Shown in pieces: positions 39,116-50,871 of a stretch of 55,462 bases of DNA. How positions within the stretch are numbered: position 1 is the first letter of the stretch; the number at the start of each line of letters is the position of its first letter. The stretch is from Octopus bimaculoides. Taxonomy: Eukaryota. The notes under the pieces are model-generated. The model searched no databases, was not told the origin of the DNA, and worked only from the letters and a program-made list of their open reading frames with translations. A program made the translations under genes and the position numbers. The stretch is from contig NC_068996.1 in assembly GCF_001194135.2 (NCBI RefSeq), positions 27,720,115-27,775,576 of the forward strand. Direction: 5' to 3'.

Positions 39116-39273
39116 AGTAATATACAACCGCCTCTCTAGTTGGCAGTAATATACGACCCCTTTCCCCTGTTGGTAGTAATATACAACCCCCTCCCCAGTA
39201 GATAATATACACCCCTCCTCCAGTTGTGGTTATAGACACTCCATCTCAGCTGGTGGTAATATATACAAATCCC
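39116..39273. repeat. Degenerate ~25-31-bp minisatellite
   Basis: About 5-6 units of (ag)taatatac(a)accc...cagttgg(t). Confidence 0.75.
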
Positions 39274-40023
39274 TATTAATATATTTCTCTAAAACTGAGC
39301 AGAAGACTTCTTTTTAGAAATGAAATTTCTAGTCAATTTAATCAGTATCATTATTACTTGTGCTTATTTTGACACTGCAGAATGACAGACTTGATTGACC
39401 ATGGCAAAATTTTTAACTGAGAATACTGAGGGATAAAAACTAGTTGCTGTCAAGCATTTAATCCATTTAGTTCTATAACTTTTAGTAGTAAATAACTTCA
39501 TCCAAATGAGTTTTATTTTCTAGTATTACAGAACTTGTAGAAAGTGAAACAGCAATGTTCTACATTATGCTAATTTTCTTTTTAAAACAAATTTTGAAAT
39601 GAAACCCACTTCCCAGGAAATACATAAGAAATAAAACGTCCTGGTTTCTATTTTTAGAAGTTTTTTACCCCTAATGTATCTTGCTGAAATTTCTTCAGCT
39701 GACAGTTTTAATACTGTGGTGGTGGTGGTGATAGTAGTAGTAGTAGTAGCAGCAACAACCATTGGTAATTTCTAGTTTGTTTTTCTTTATTTAATTTTTT
39801 TTTTTATTTGTCACCTTTCTTTTTCCATTTCTGTCTTTACATTTTGTTGCTGTTTCTTTTGTGTGTCTTATATGAAAAAAATTTTCATTTCTTCTGTTAA
39901 GATGATTTTTAGGTCAAATCTTAACACTTGTTACTGTTCTTTACAATGGCTACATTTGCTGATCTGCTTTTATTCAGTTAGCCCCGACTGTTCTCTTTCT
40001 CTCTCTTATTCTCTCTAGAATGA

Positions 40024-40450
40024 TTATTCTGTGTACTTAGACCTCAACGTTTTGGTTTGGTTTGCATAGTTCAGCATGTCCTCAGTGATTTCCATGCAGA
40101 GTTGCTTCTGCTGCACTGCCAGCACCTTAGGGAGGAATTTTGCCGACGCTCTACGCATGCACAAATCCACCATTAAAATGGAATCCACTGATCTTGTACT
40201 TATTCCCACTTTGTAAGCGATTTCCTTGATTTTTACACAAGTCTTCCATGACTATTTGCTTGACTCCTCATTTTGGCTTATGGATGGCCTGCCTTAGTGT
40301 GCCTCATTTGCCACTGAGATGCAGTCAATTTTGAAGCAGTTGTAGCACTGCTTGAGCCAAGATTTTCTCATGGAATCATCACCAAAGGCATGCTGAATCT
40401 TCTAGCTTGAGTATCACCAACTTTTTGGCAAAACTTGAGGCAATATCATC
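40024..40450 (-). mobile_element. mariner transposase relic (N-terminal HTH region)
   Basis: Minus-strand LKFCQKVGDT...GRPS...IKEIAYKVGISTRSVDSILMVDLCMRRASAKFLPKVL, like mariner CIKFC/GRP/MRRVSAKFVPKLL. Stops and frameshifts present; no TIR identified. Confidence 0.75.
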
Positions 40451-40794
40451 TTGCATGAAAACCAAAATGTGACAACTGTAACCTATACGTCTGTACTTTA
40501 GGTGTAACAGCCAGGAACTGACACGGCCTACTGGCATGATTTCTTTTATCACAATATCAGTTTTATAGAAGAAAGAATATATTTTATTGAATCAAACCCA
40601 TTTGCATTACAGGTATCTATTTTGTAAAGTCTAGAAACATGAAAGATGAAATCCATTTTACCAGGATATGAACTCTTTAAGTGACTTTCTAGTCAATAAT
40701 GGTAGATGTTTGCTTCAGCGTTTGATTGTTACTTGACCTGTGTTGTCAATTTTAAGGGATCAGCAATGACTAACCATTTCTTTGTGTTGTTTGC

Positions 40795-41100
40795 CGTTAG
40801 ACTGTGACCATGCTGGGGCACTGCCTTGAGCTTTCGTCAAGTGAATCTACCCTGGTCCTTTTTTTTTTCATTCCTGGTACTTATTCTTTTGGACTCTTAT
40901 GCTGAACTGCTAAGTTACATGGATGTAAACACACCAACAGCTGTTATGGAGAGATGGACAGACGCATGCACACACGCTTATTTCAGTTTCTGTCTTTGAA
41001 ATCCACTCACAAGGCTTTGATTGGCCTGAATCTGTCTGTAGTAGAAGACACTTGCTGAAGGTGCCAAACAGTGAGACTGAACCTGGAATCATATGGTTAG
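40795..41100 (-). mobile_element. SINE A, tail type 1, minus strand
   Basis: gactgtgaccatgctggggcac...tttcagtttctgtc...atccactcacaaggctttg...gtagaagacacttgc...gactgaacc. Confidence 0.8.
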
Positions 41101-43129
41101 AATTTTAAAACCAATTAAGACCTAATGTTTTGGTTCTAAGTTCAGTTAAAGAAAATAGTAAATTTTTTTTATTGTTGCTTTTTATATAGAATTCCAACTC
41201 TTGGGTAGAATATTTGATAGAGGTTTTACAGCTGGCTACTTCATGTCTATTTTGTACTGGTACCAATCACCATTTATTAAGTGGGACAATTAAAAATTGC
41301 ATTAACACTAAAGACAAGGGTTCTTAACTTAGTTCTCTCCATACTGTATGTGTGAATAGGATTGTGGTAGCAGTTTTTTCTTCATTAAAAGACTTTATTT
41401 GAGCAACAATTCCATGAGAGTACCCAGCTAAAGCTACATATTATTGAAATTTTAATATTTTGAATGATAAACTTAATCAGTTACTCAGATTAACCACTAT
41501 TTGGTTCCCTGGGTGCTTTTAGTAGAATCCACTCCATTGCAAGAGTTTAGATCAGGCTTCCAGTTTGAGGATGACTTCCTCTCATGTTGTCAGTGATTAT
41601 TAATTGTTCAGTTATGAAGGTTAATGCAAATAGTCTTTGAGTTCATTTTCAAATTTGAAAAATTAAGGGGTGGGAATTGGTGAAATTGATACACTGTTAT
41701 AAAATCTGAATGTAATTATAATTTAGGAAGAGAAGTAAAGGAGGGTATTTTTAATAAGTCTATCAGATATGGAGAAGAAAAAATTTATATTTTTGAGCAG
41801 AAATATAGCAGTGAGTAGAGATTCTGGATGGTTAATGGTTCAACTGGAAGTTTAGTGGGGATGATAGTTTCTGGAAAGCAAATTTCATTATAGTAGTAAT
41901 GGAGCTGGTAGAGGAAGAGAATGAAGGGCTGGTACTGTAGGTTTTTTTCCTTTTTTTTTTATAAAACTAGTTTTATAGATACTTTTTTAAAAATTACAAA
42001 TTTGATTTTCACAATGTGTAGGTTGAACTATGTAAAATGTTAAAGAAACCTAGCTGTTTCTTGCAATACAAACCAATACATTTAAATCAAAATTTTTTTT
42101 AGGGGGCTTTTAAAATATTGTGGATCCCCAACTTATTTTGTTGTGTAGACCTCCCAAAATATGGACCCTTGGGGGTCATATTGACCTGGTCTAAATCATT
42201 AAAATGTGTTTGCTTTATCTTGTCATAATCTAAGATATTAAGTTGTGATTTTCATCTAATATATAAAATAGAGGTGTGTGTGTGTGTGTGTGTATTCACT
42301 TTTCACGTGAAAACATCTTCAATTACTTCCATACTTGTGATACATGAATAATTTGACTTCAAACATATAGGGTGTTCATTTGATTTTTTAAAATTAAAAA
42401 TATAAAATGTTGCATTATATTTATGATTCACTTCTTTAAAAAGGTTTCTTGATGTCAACTTCCAGTACTGACGTAAAAACGGCAGTCTCTCACTCTCTAT
42501 TTTAATGTTTGCTTTTTGTAAACAACTACGATTAATTACTGAAAGAAATATTTACGAAGTTCACAAAATTAGATATTTGGGACAAGATAGTTTTTAATGT
42601 GCTTTTATTTATACGATTTTTTAATTTGATGTTTATGTCCTTCATTGTTTGCAGTATACTCTTTCTCTCCCCCCCCCCCAAATTTGATTTCATTCTGAAT
42701 TCGCACACTTCGTTAATTTCCGTAAAAATTTATTTTCTTTTTGCACGCCATGTTCAGCTCTATGTATTTGTAGTCAGTCACACATGCACACGTGTGTTTT
42801 TGCATGTATGTTTACATTTATGTATGTGTGTATGTGTCTGAGTGAACGAGTGTGTTGTCATGTATATGTACATACATAAATAGATATGCATACATCTTTT
42901 ATCTATGTGTGCGTGAGAGAGGGAGTGATGTTTAAGTGGTTCTCTCTCTCTCTCACACACCCGCACACACACATACCAGAAAGATGTATGCCAATTTATT
43001 TATGTATGTACGTATACATGACAACACACCCCTTCACTTGCTCTCGCTCTCCCTCGCACATACATGTCCATTTCATCTGTTTGATACTGTTTGTATATGT
43101 ATCTGTGTGTGTGTGTGTGTGCATGTGCG

Positions 43130-44016
43130 TGTATGCAACATTCCACAATCGCCAGAAAAAAGCAGAGGAATTTTCTTTTTTTGATGCTCCTGATTGCACA
43201 GGTAAAACATTTGTAACATTGCTTCTTTCCAAGGTAAGGTAACAAAAAAGAATTGCAGTTGCTGTACCATTGTCTGGCTTTGCTGCCACCATTCTCCCAG
43301 GAGGAATAACAGCTCATTCTGCTTTTAAATGCCACCTTATTATTTGGGATGAATGCACCATGTCACATAGAGGTGCAATGGAAGCTCTTGGTAATGCCTT
43401 ACAGGACATCAGAGGCAACAATAAATCTATGGGAGGAATTACATTAGTTTTATCTGGAGACTTCATACAGACATTACCAATCATTCTGAGACTAACAAGA
43501 TCTGATGAAATAAAAGCATGCATTAAGTCTTCACACCCATAGAATAAAGTACTGAAATTCTCCTTCAATACTAATGTGTGAGCTTTATTACATGGGGACC
43601 AATGTGCAGAACAGTTTTCAACCTAGCTCCTCCAATCAGGAAATGGAGAAAGTACCATTTGATGGGAATGGTGATATCAGTTTGGCTCATTTTACTATCA
43701 TGGTGAAGTCCCCAGCTGAATTGAAGAACAGGGTATTGCCAGACTTTAGTAATAATTATAATTCACATAAATGGTTGTGTGAAAGGGCAATTTTTGCTCC
43801 AAAAAATGAGACAGTAGCAAGGATTAACCATGAATTGAATAAGATTCCAACAGTCATTAGGGAGTCCAAATCAGTTGATTCAGTCCTTCCTTAATTCTCT
43901 TGAGCCACCTGGAACTCCTCCACATAAACTTTTTTTGAAGGTGGGAGTCCCAATAATGCTTCTAAATCATTCCAAGAATTCCAATCAAACCAACAGACAT
44001 GCCATTTGAGTTCAAA
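43130..44016 (+). pseudogene. Helitron PIF1 helicase remnant, copy A (motif I to post-motif III, with deletions)
   Basis: FFDAPDCTGKTF (Walker A), TAHSAFK, IIWDECTMSH (Walker B), SGDFIQTLP, WLCERAIFAPKN. Frameshifts and stops present. Confidence 0.9.
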
Positions 44017-44359
44017 NNNNNNNNNNTTTTATATTACATTCACGTCTTTCAAAGATTTTAAAATATTTACTTCCAGTTTTCTAGTGTCAGTGACATAACA
44101 TATCTCTTTATATATATCTCTCTACCCTTCGCTTTCCATCTATCTATCTCTCTGTAACATATCTCTCTATCTATATCTCGTTTTCACTTTCATTTTTCAG
44201 ACACTATTCTTTTCACTTTCAATTTTCTTATGGCATTATTTAACTTCCATGTTATTGTTTTCACTGTAAGTCTAAGTTTAGAATCACTATTTACAAACAA
44301 ACAATGACAAATTACTGACAAAAAGAAGTTCACAATTACTGATGTAAGTAATTTCATAT

Positions 44360-44955
44360 ATGGTTGTGTGAAAGGGCAATTCTTACTCCAAAAAATGAGA
44401 CAGTAGCAAGAATTAACCATGAATTAATGAATAAGGTTCCAACAGTCACTAAGAAGTACAAATCAGTTGATTCAGTCCTTGATGATAATCAAGCTGTCCA
44501 TTACCTAACAGAGTTCCTTAATTCTCTTGAGCCACATGCAATTCTTCAACATAAACTTTTTCTGAAGGTAGGAGTCCCAATAATGCTTCTAAGAAATTTA
44601 GATCCTCCTAAATTATGCAATGGGACGAGGTTGATTGTGAAGACATTATCACTTAATGTGATAGAAGCTGCCATCATTACTGGATGTGCCTCTGGAGAAG
44701 AGGTTTTTGTTCCAAGAATTCCAATCAAACCAACAGACATGCCATTTAAGTTCAAAGGAACACAGTTCCCAGTGTGACTTTGCTTTGCAATGTCTATTAA
44801 TAAAGCTCAAGGTCAGTCTTTGAAATCTACTGGCTTGCTTTTCTCATGGTCAACTTTATGTTGGTTGCTCTAGTGTAGGTAGTTTGCAAGACTTATTTGC
44901 CTATGCCCCAAACCAGAAAACAAAGAATGTTATTTACCCAGAAGCTCTTACGTAA
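44360..44955 (+). pseudogene. Helitron PIF1 helicase remnant, copy B (C-terminal part)
   Basis: WLCERAILTPKN...LKVGVPIMLLRNLDPPKLCNGTRL...QFPV*LCFAMSINKAQGQSL...SHGQLYVGCS...KNVIYPEALT*. Confidence 0.92.
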
Positions 44956-46898
44956 TTTCCTTCAACATATGGTAGAATTTATCTCCTTTCATAAAAGTGG
45001 TAAATTTTGTATTTTCATTTTAATTTTTATCATTCTGTATTATGAATTCAGAATTGATTTCCCAATTAAAGAATAAATTGCATCCCAGTTGAAGAATAAA
45101 TTGAATTTAGAATAACAAATTTCTATAGAACATATTTTGATTTTTTCTTCCAATATATAAGGAAAAATTTCATTCCTGGGCAATACCGGGTACCTCTGCT
45201 AGTATAAATTATTTGTTGTCTTTAATTTTGCCAGATCTGTCAAAGAAACACACTCTTTTTAGTGCTTTGTTTTGATAGCCACTTTTTGTTCATTTTAAGA
45301 GTTGATGAGGTCATTTTTACATTTTTATTAGAATTGTTTTGTGTAAATAGCCAAATCTTTCTCGCCCAATTTACCTACTGCTTTCAAAATAAAGGAACAC
45401 ACAATCAAATAAAAAGTTCCAAGTTGTCAAATGATCTTACTCTATGTAGCACCGAAATTTCCCCTCAACGAACTTCCTGCTGCTTTGATAATAGGAGCTA
45501 CATTAACTAGTGAAGTTTCAGTATAGAAATATTTACTAACTCAATCAAATCTCCCTGTAAAAATTCCTCATTGTATTTAAAATAGAAGAAAGCTACATTC
45601 TTAAAATATATAATTGTTAAACAGTAGACAGAAATAGATGGTTAACAAGTATATTCATATGTCACAGGTCTTCTTTTAGAGGTAACGGACAATTTAACAA
45701 GAACAATCTTCTTACAAGGTTAATACATTCTCTTTTATCTATGTCCCACAAATCTTAAAGATTCCATATTTTAGTGTTATGGTGATGGAACTTGTGTAGA
45801 TGCAGACCTGTTGAGGAAATTCATTAAATAGCAGCATTGTGTTTCTTTCCTTTGTGTCCAGTCATTTAAGAATGTGCTCGACTGTTCATTTCTCATGGAC
45901 GTAGTATAGCACTACTAATGAAATACAAGAAATAACAGTCAAATTGCTCTCATATCCAAAGGTCTGCTGAGTGAAGTTTTGTCTTGAGGCTATACAACTA
46001 CTATGGATCATTAAACTGGTGATCTCAGAATTTCATTTCATAATTGTAGAACAATCTTATTTTGACTTTTCTGTTCCTACTTGGTTGTATGAACTCTTGT
46101 AGTTCTTTTCTAATAGCAAATTACCTCATATGATGATGACTGACTGAGTTTCTAGCCCATAGCACTCAAAGGGAAATGTTTATAACTTTTTAGTATAAAC
46201 CCATAAGTCTTTCATTAATTTTAGATTAATATTATTTCAAAGATTTATTTAACATCTTCGATTTTGTTACCTGTAGTGTGTGTGTGGTCTGAATGTTTGT
46301 TTAATGTGCATTAAAACTACTTCATTATACGTAGTTGATTGTTCTAATTGACTAATTTTGATTGAGTCCTAGAATTCTTGGGTTTATGTGGTATACATGA
46401 GAACTTTGTCTTCTTGTACCTTTTCTTAACTATAAACCCACGTCTTTCATTTATTGCTACAGGCAAAACACTAAAAGTACTCCAGTTGGAATTGTAATAC
46501 TTCTTATTTAGCCACCTATAACTTACTCTGTGTAAATAGCTGTAGCTACAAAGAAGTAACAGAAAATATTTTAAGGCTATTTTCTCTGCTAAGAGTTTAG
46601 CTTTACAAGCTGCACAATGGTCTCCACCACCTTTAGCTATACTTTTTGTGGTCTTTTCTCTGCTTCCTTTCACATTATTTCTATCACTCTTCTGTCATTC
46701 TTATGATGCAGCCCACTCATCCAATTTCTCTTTATGATCTCCATTACTGGCTCTGTTCTCCTCATTCACTGCAATTGTTGGTTTGTCTTCCTTTCTTTCA
46801 GTAATAGAGAAACCTACAATTATTAATTATTTGATGTCATATTTTCATGAAATATTGAAATATACATAGTCTAAATATTATTTATATTTCTTTGGCAG

Positions 46899-47019
46899 AA
46901 ATTTTTTGAAGTTGAAGATGCAATTGAAGGAGAGAAAAAAGAACTTCAAGACAAGGTTGAAAGCTTGGAATCTATTGTGAGAATGTTAGAACTAAAGGCC
47001 AAAAATTCAGCAGATCATG
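46899..47019 (+). CDS. MAPK8IP3: JIP3/4 coding exon 2 (121 nt; leucine zipper I)
   Basis: ttggcag|KFFEVEDAIEGEKKELQDKVESLESIVRMLELKAKNSADH+G|gtaagt. Confidence 0.97.
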
Positions 47020-47981
47020 GTAAGTTCCAAATTATCTTGTTTAAAAGACCATTCCTTATGTATGATACATTGCTTATAAAAAGGCTTTCTGTTGAATTTG
47101 TAAATACTTAAAATAGAAAAGAAAATGTGCAGGGTGGGTGATGACAAACTAATGTAGCATTCACTAGCTTCTCATTGTTACTACCAAATTTATATTTTAT
47201 CACCTAATAACATGTAAAAGTTAATTGTTAGTTGGGATTCCCTATAATCAAAGTTTTCAGATGGATATAAAGATACAAAAGGTGATAAAATCAAATCATG
47301 TTTAGTGGTTGGTTAGTGTGAATTGTTTATTGTATGACAAGTTATAAATACCTTATTTATTTTTCGAAATTTCTCTGGGAAATTTGATATTGTACGAAGA
47401 GCATTTATTAGTGACAAGAAGCTTTGTTATTTTCTGTCACCTGTTACCTGTGTTACAAAAAAAAAAAAATCACATGACCAGAGGTGATGTGTGCTACTGG
47501 AACAACACCAGTAAAGAATATCATATGACCACTGCTTATGTAAATGTCAAGATTGTAGGAATGTCATTAATTAGGTGTCCTCTAGGGTTTGGCCTTTTGA
47601 GTCTCCTGATTAAAAGGCTACAATTGTTTTATTTCTTCAACCCTTTGTTACTATATTTCTGTTGAAACACACAGCCTTTGTTTCAATAAATTTTGAAAAT
47701 AATTTCGTAAAATAACTTTGTCACTAAGCTGGCATGGAATATATATTAGCATGAAATTTTAATGAAATGTTTTAATTTAAATCTCTTTAAACAGGAAGTT
47801 TGTATCATTGAACCAAAAGTGGTCTCAGGTTAGTTGATATAAAAAAGGGATTAAAGGTGAAGTTATTTACATATAATGGCTGTTAATTTAAAGTGCTAGG
47901 TGCTGAACAATTTATTGTAAGCTTAGGTTCATCAATTCCTACTTCTGCAGTTATCGTATTGTGTAATGAACCCTACACACT

Positions 47982-48025
47982 ACTTAGTCACTATACCTGT
48001 CAACTTAGTCTCTATACCTGTCAAC
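47982..48025. repeat. 21-bp tandem duplication with one mismatch
   Basis: acttagtcactatacctgtca / acttagtctctatacctgtca. Confidence 0.9.
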
Positions 48026-48302
48026 AATTAGGACAAAAAAAAAAAAAATTCTCGCAGTTTCAAACAACTGCATTAGGATGTGTAAAAACAATTCTATTTT
48101 ATTTGTAAGTCAATGAAGGTATGATAATAGGAAATACTGGTTTAGGTTAGTAAATATGTGTGTGTATGTGTGTAAGGAGAGGGCAGAGATTATGAGAGTG
48201 TTGGACAATATATTGAGTACATTCAAGTGGTGAGAACATGATATATTCAGAGAGTTGACAGTGGTCATAATAGTTAAGGTATTGGTTTACTTGCTCATAG
48301 GT

Positions 48303-48350
48303 CATCATTTAAAATCCATTTTCCATGTTGGCATTGGTTGGCTGGTTTGA
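48303..48350 (-). mobile_element. RTE 3' tail fragment
   Basis: catcatttaaaatccattttccatgttggcattggttgg is the reverse complement of the tail. Confidence 0.6.
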
Positions 48351-49003
48351 GTGGAGGTGTAGTACAGAGAGAAGTGAAGGTATGATAGAGAGATAGGAAC
48401 AGGTATCTTGTTGAAAAAGAAATACATGGCTTTCCCAACTAGTGAGGGAGCTAGATAGAGCTGGATAGAGAGGGAGTCAGGGATAGAGATAGACGGAGAG
48501 GGAGACAGAAGTAGATGTATGGAGATGGGTAGAGAGGGAGAGGTGTTTCAATGTCTCTGTGCAGAACACTACATTCTCAGTTCACTTAGTTGTTAGTAGT
48601 AGGTACCAACAAATCATTTGGTAGATTTCACATGGTAGACTAGTTAGTGTCCTATCCTGGTGCACGTTTATCTCTCATTATTTCTATTTCTGTACAGCCA
48701 TATATTCTACATTATTATTGTAGGTACTGCCAAATCCTGCAGTAATGTTACATGTGACAGGTTGGCATATTATCTTGAAGGTTTATTGCTCATGTTTCTG
48801 TATACAACACTATAGTCTTCAATGCCACACTCTATCTAGGTAACTACCTTAATAGTTGCGATTGACTAGCATCAGTAATAGATACCAGATCATCTGGAGA
48901 TGCTACTTGTGATTGACTGATAGTTTCTAAACTGTTTGGGTTGAGGATAAGAACCATAATGGAAAGGAGGAAATATTGTAACAGTATTAGAAGAGTGTGG
49001 CTC

Positions 49004-49042
<39 letters not shown>

Positions 49043-49868
49043 TCTCCCTCTCTCTCTCTCTCCCNNNNNNNNNNNNNNNNNNNNNNNNNNNNNNNNNNNN
49101 NNNNNNNNNNNNNNNNNNNNNNNNNNNNNNNNNNNNNNNNNNNNNNNNNNNNNNNNNNNNNNNNNNNNNNNNNNNNNNNNNNNNNNNNNNNNNNNNNNNN
49201 NNNNNNNNNNNNNNNNNNNNNNNNNNNNNNNNNNNNNNNNNNNNNNNNNNNNNNNNNNNNNNNNNNNNNNNNNNNNNNNNNNNNNNNNNNNNNNNNNNNN
49301 NNNNNNNNNNNNNNNNNNNNNNNNNNNNNNNNNNNNNNNNNNNNNNNNNNNNNNNNNNNNNNNNNNNNNNNNNNNNNNNNNNNNNNNNNNNNNNNNNNNN
49401 NNNNNNNNNNNNNNNNNNNNNNNNNNNNNNNNNNNNNNNNNNNNNNNNNNNNNNATGTGACAGGTTGGCATATTATCTTGAAGGTTTATTGCTCATGTTT
49501 CTGTATACAACACTATAGTCTTCAATGCCACACTCTATCTAGGTAACTACCTTAATAGTTGCGATTGACTAGCATCAGTAATAGATACCAGATCATCTGG
49601 AGATGCTACTTGTGATTGACTGATAGTTTCTAAACTGTTTGGGTTGAGGATAAGAACCATAATGGAAAGGAGGAAATATTGTAACAGTATTAGAAGAGTG
49701 TGGCTCCTCTCCCTCTCTCTCTCTTTCCTAAAACGAATAGTCCCTCAGGCTGTTCTCTCATTATTTAGCTCCTGTTTCATGGCATCAAATGAATTTGGGA
49801 TTTAATGTCAGTATATCATAAATATATCGGTCTCTGGCACAGCTTAATGTTATATGCATCAGCCTTAT

Positions 49869-50040
49869 CATTACCTTTTCCTTAATGAAGGTGGTGTTGT
49901 TTGTCTGTGGACAAAATATCTCGAGAATGACTGGATGGATTTGGATGAAACTTTCAGGGATGTTTGGCCTTGTGACTGTTATGAACTGATTAGATTTTGG
50001 GATCAATCTAGTACCGGACAAAGATTTTGGATTATTATAT
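49869..50040 (+). mobile_element. 5' part of a Helentron-associated (DINE/HINE-like) non-autonomous element
   Basis: cattacc..., ttgtttgtctgt microsatellite, ggatggatttggatgaaactttcagg core. Family recognised from memory of DINE-like consensus sequences. Confidence 0.5.
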
Positions 50041-50165
50041 TTACCTTACATGAAGTATTACAATCTTACGTTGACTTTCAAGTCTTTCTCCCTTGAAAGC
50101 ACGCTCATGGTTTCCACGCAAGTTATGGCAGCGTTGTTGTTCCAAAGTTTTATTTTCATTTCTCT

Positions 50166-50871
50166 ATTATTAATTTTATTTGACTTAACTGTTGTTCTCC
50201 ATGTCTCAGCCCCATACAATAACACCACTTTTACGTTAGTGTTAAAAATTCTTATTTTGTTCTTTATTGAAATTACACTTGCGCTCCATACTTTTTTTAA
50301 CAGGTAGAAAGCTGTCCTTGCCTTACTTATTCTCGTTTTAATATCTTCGTCGGTGCCGCCTGAGAACGTTATCTTACTATCTAAATACGTAAACTCAGCT
50401 ACATCCTCTAGTTCACCGGTTTCTAGTTTAATACGTTCACTGTTTTCTTCATTTCAACAGTTAAGTCAAATAAGCAAATACAATCATTCATCAACAGGTG
50501 CTTGCATAGTATACTTAAAATTAGATGGCTCGAACACATAAGCAATATGGAGCTATGGCAAAGAACGAATTAAGTTCCGATTAGAGAACAAATATTTAAG
50601 AAAAAGTGGAAGTGGATTGGTAGCACAATTAGAAAAGACACACCAAATGCAGCAAAAAGTGCTTTACAGCGGAATCCGGATGGATATAGAAAGAGGAGTA
50701 GGCCTAAGAACTTGTGGCGTAGATCAACACGAAAGGAACTAGAGAAAGGGGGACATTCATGGCAGAGTATAAGTACAGAAGCGAAAAATTATGCAACATG
50801 GAATTCAATTATAAGTGGCCTATACTCTGCGTTGGAGGGTTAAAGGCAAGAAGATAAGATTATTAATTTTA
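50166..50871 (+). mobile_element. 5'-inverted RTE LINE insertion with 13-bp TSD
   Basis: TSD attattaatttta at 50166-50178 and 50859-50871. Minus strand 50454->50176 encodes ...EFTYLDSKITFSGGTDEDIKTRISKARTAF...NVKVVLLYGAETWRTTVKSNK. Plus strand from 50455 encodes TVKSNKQIQSFINRCLHSILKIRWLEHISN...KWKWIG...RPKNLWRR...GLYSALEG*. Confidence 0.92.

Larger units (their letters stand above)
42255..45202 (+). mobile_element. Non-autonomous/composite Helitron with both termini
   Basis: 5' a|TCTAATATATAAAA + (TG)n at 42255. 3' hairpin cctgg-gcaata-ccggg (45175-45190), then CTAG|t (45199-45202). PIF1 helicase remnants inside; A|T target, no TSD. The 5' end assignment is less certain than the 3' end. Confidence 0.8.
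3942..46898 (+). other. MAPK8IP3: Intron 1 of JIP3/4 (42,957 bp including N gaps)
   Basis: gtacgt...tttggcag. The flanking exons join in frame as ...AAEQ|KFFEVED... Confidence 0.9.

Noticed and set aside
42040-42190. hAT-MITE-like end (ggacccttgggggtc...); similar cagt..ttctcaa/ttcccaa starts at ~21525 and ~26063
   Set aside because: No matching second TIR or 8-bp TSD could be found.
43270-44777. Host PIF1 helicase gene
   Set aside because: Multiple stops, frameshifts and deletions, no splice structure, and flanked by Helitron termini.
48752-49725. ~265-bp direct duplication (48752-49020 vs 49456-49720) flanking a 391-N gap
   Set aside because: The copies look identical, abut the gap and both end in the same (CT)n tract. 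This is the typical signature of a scaffolding overlap artefact and not of a real tandem duplication.
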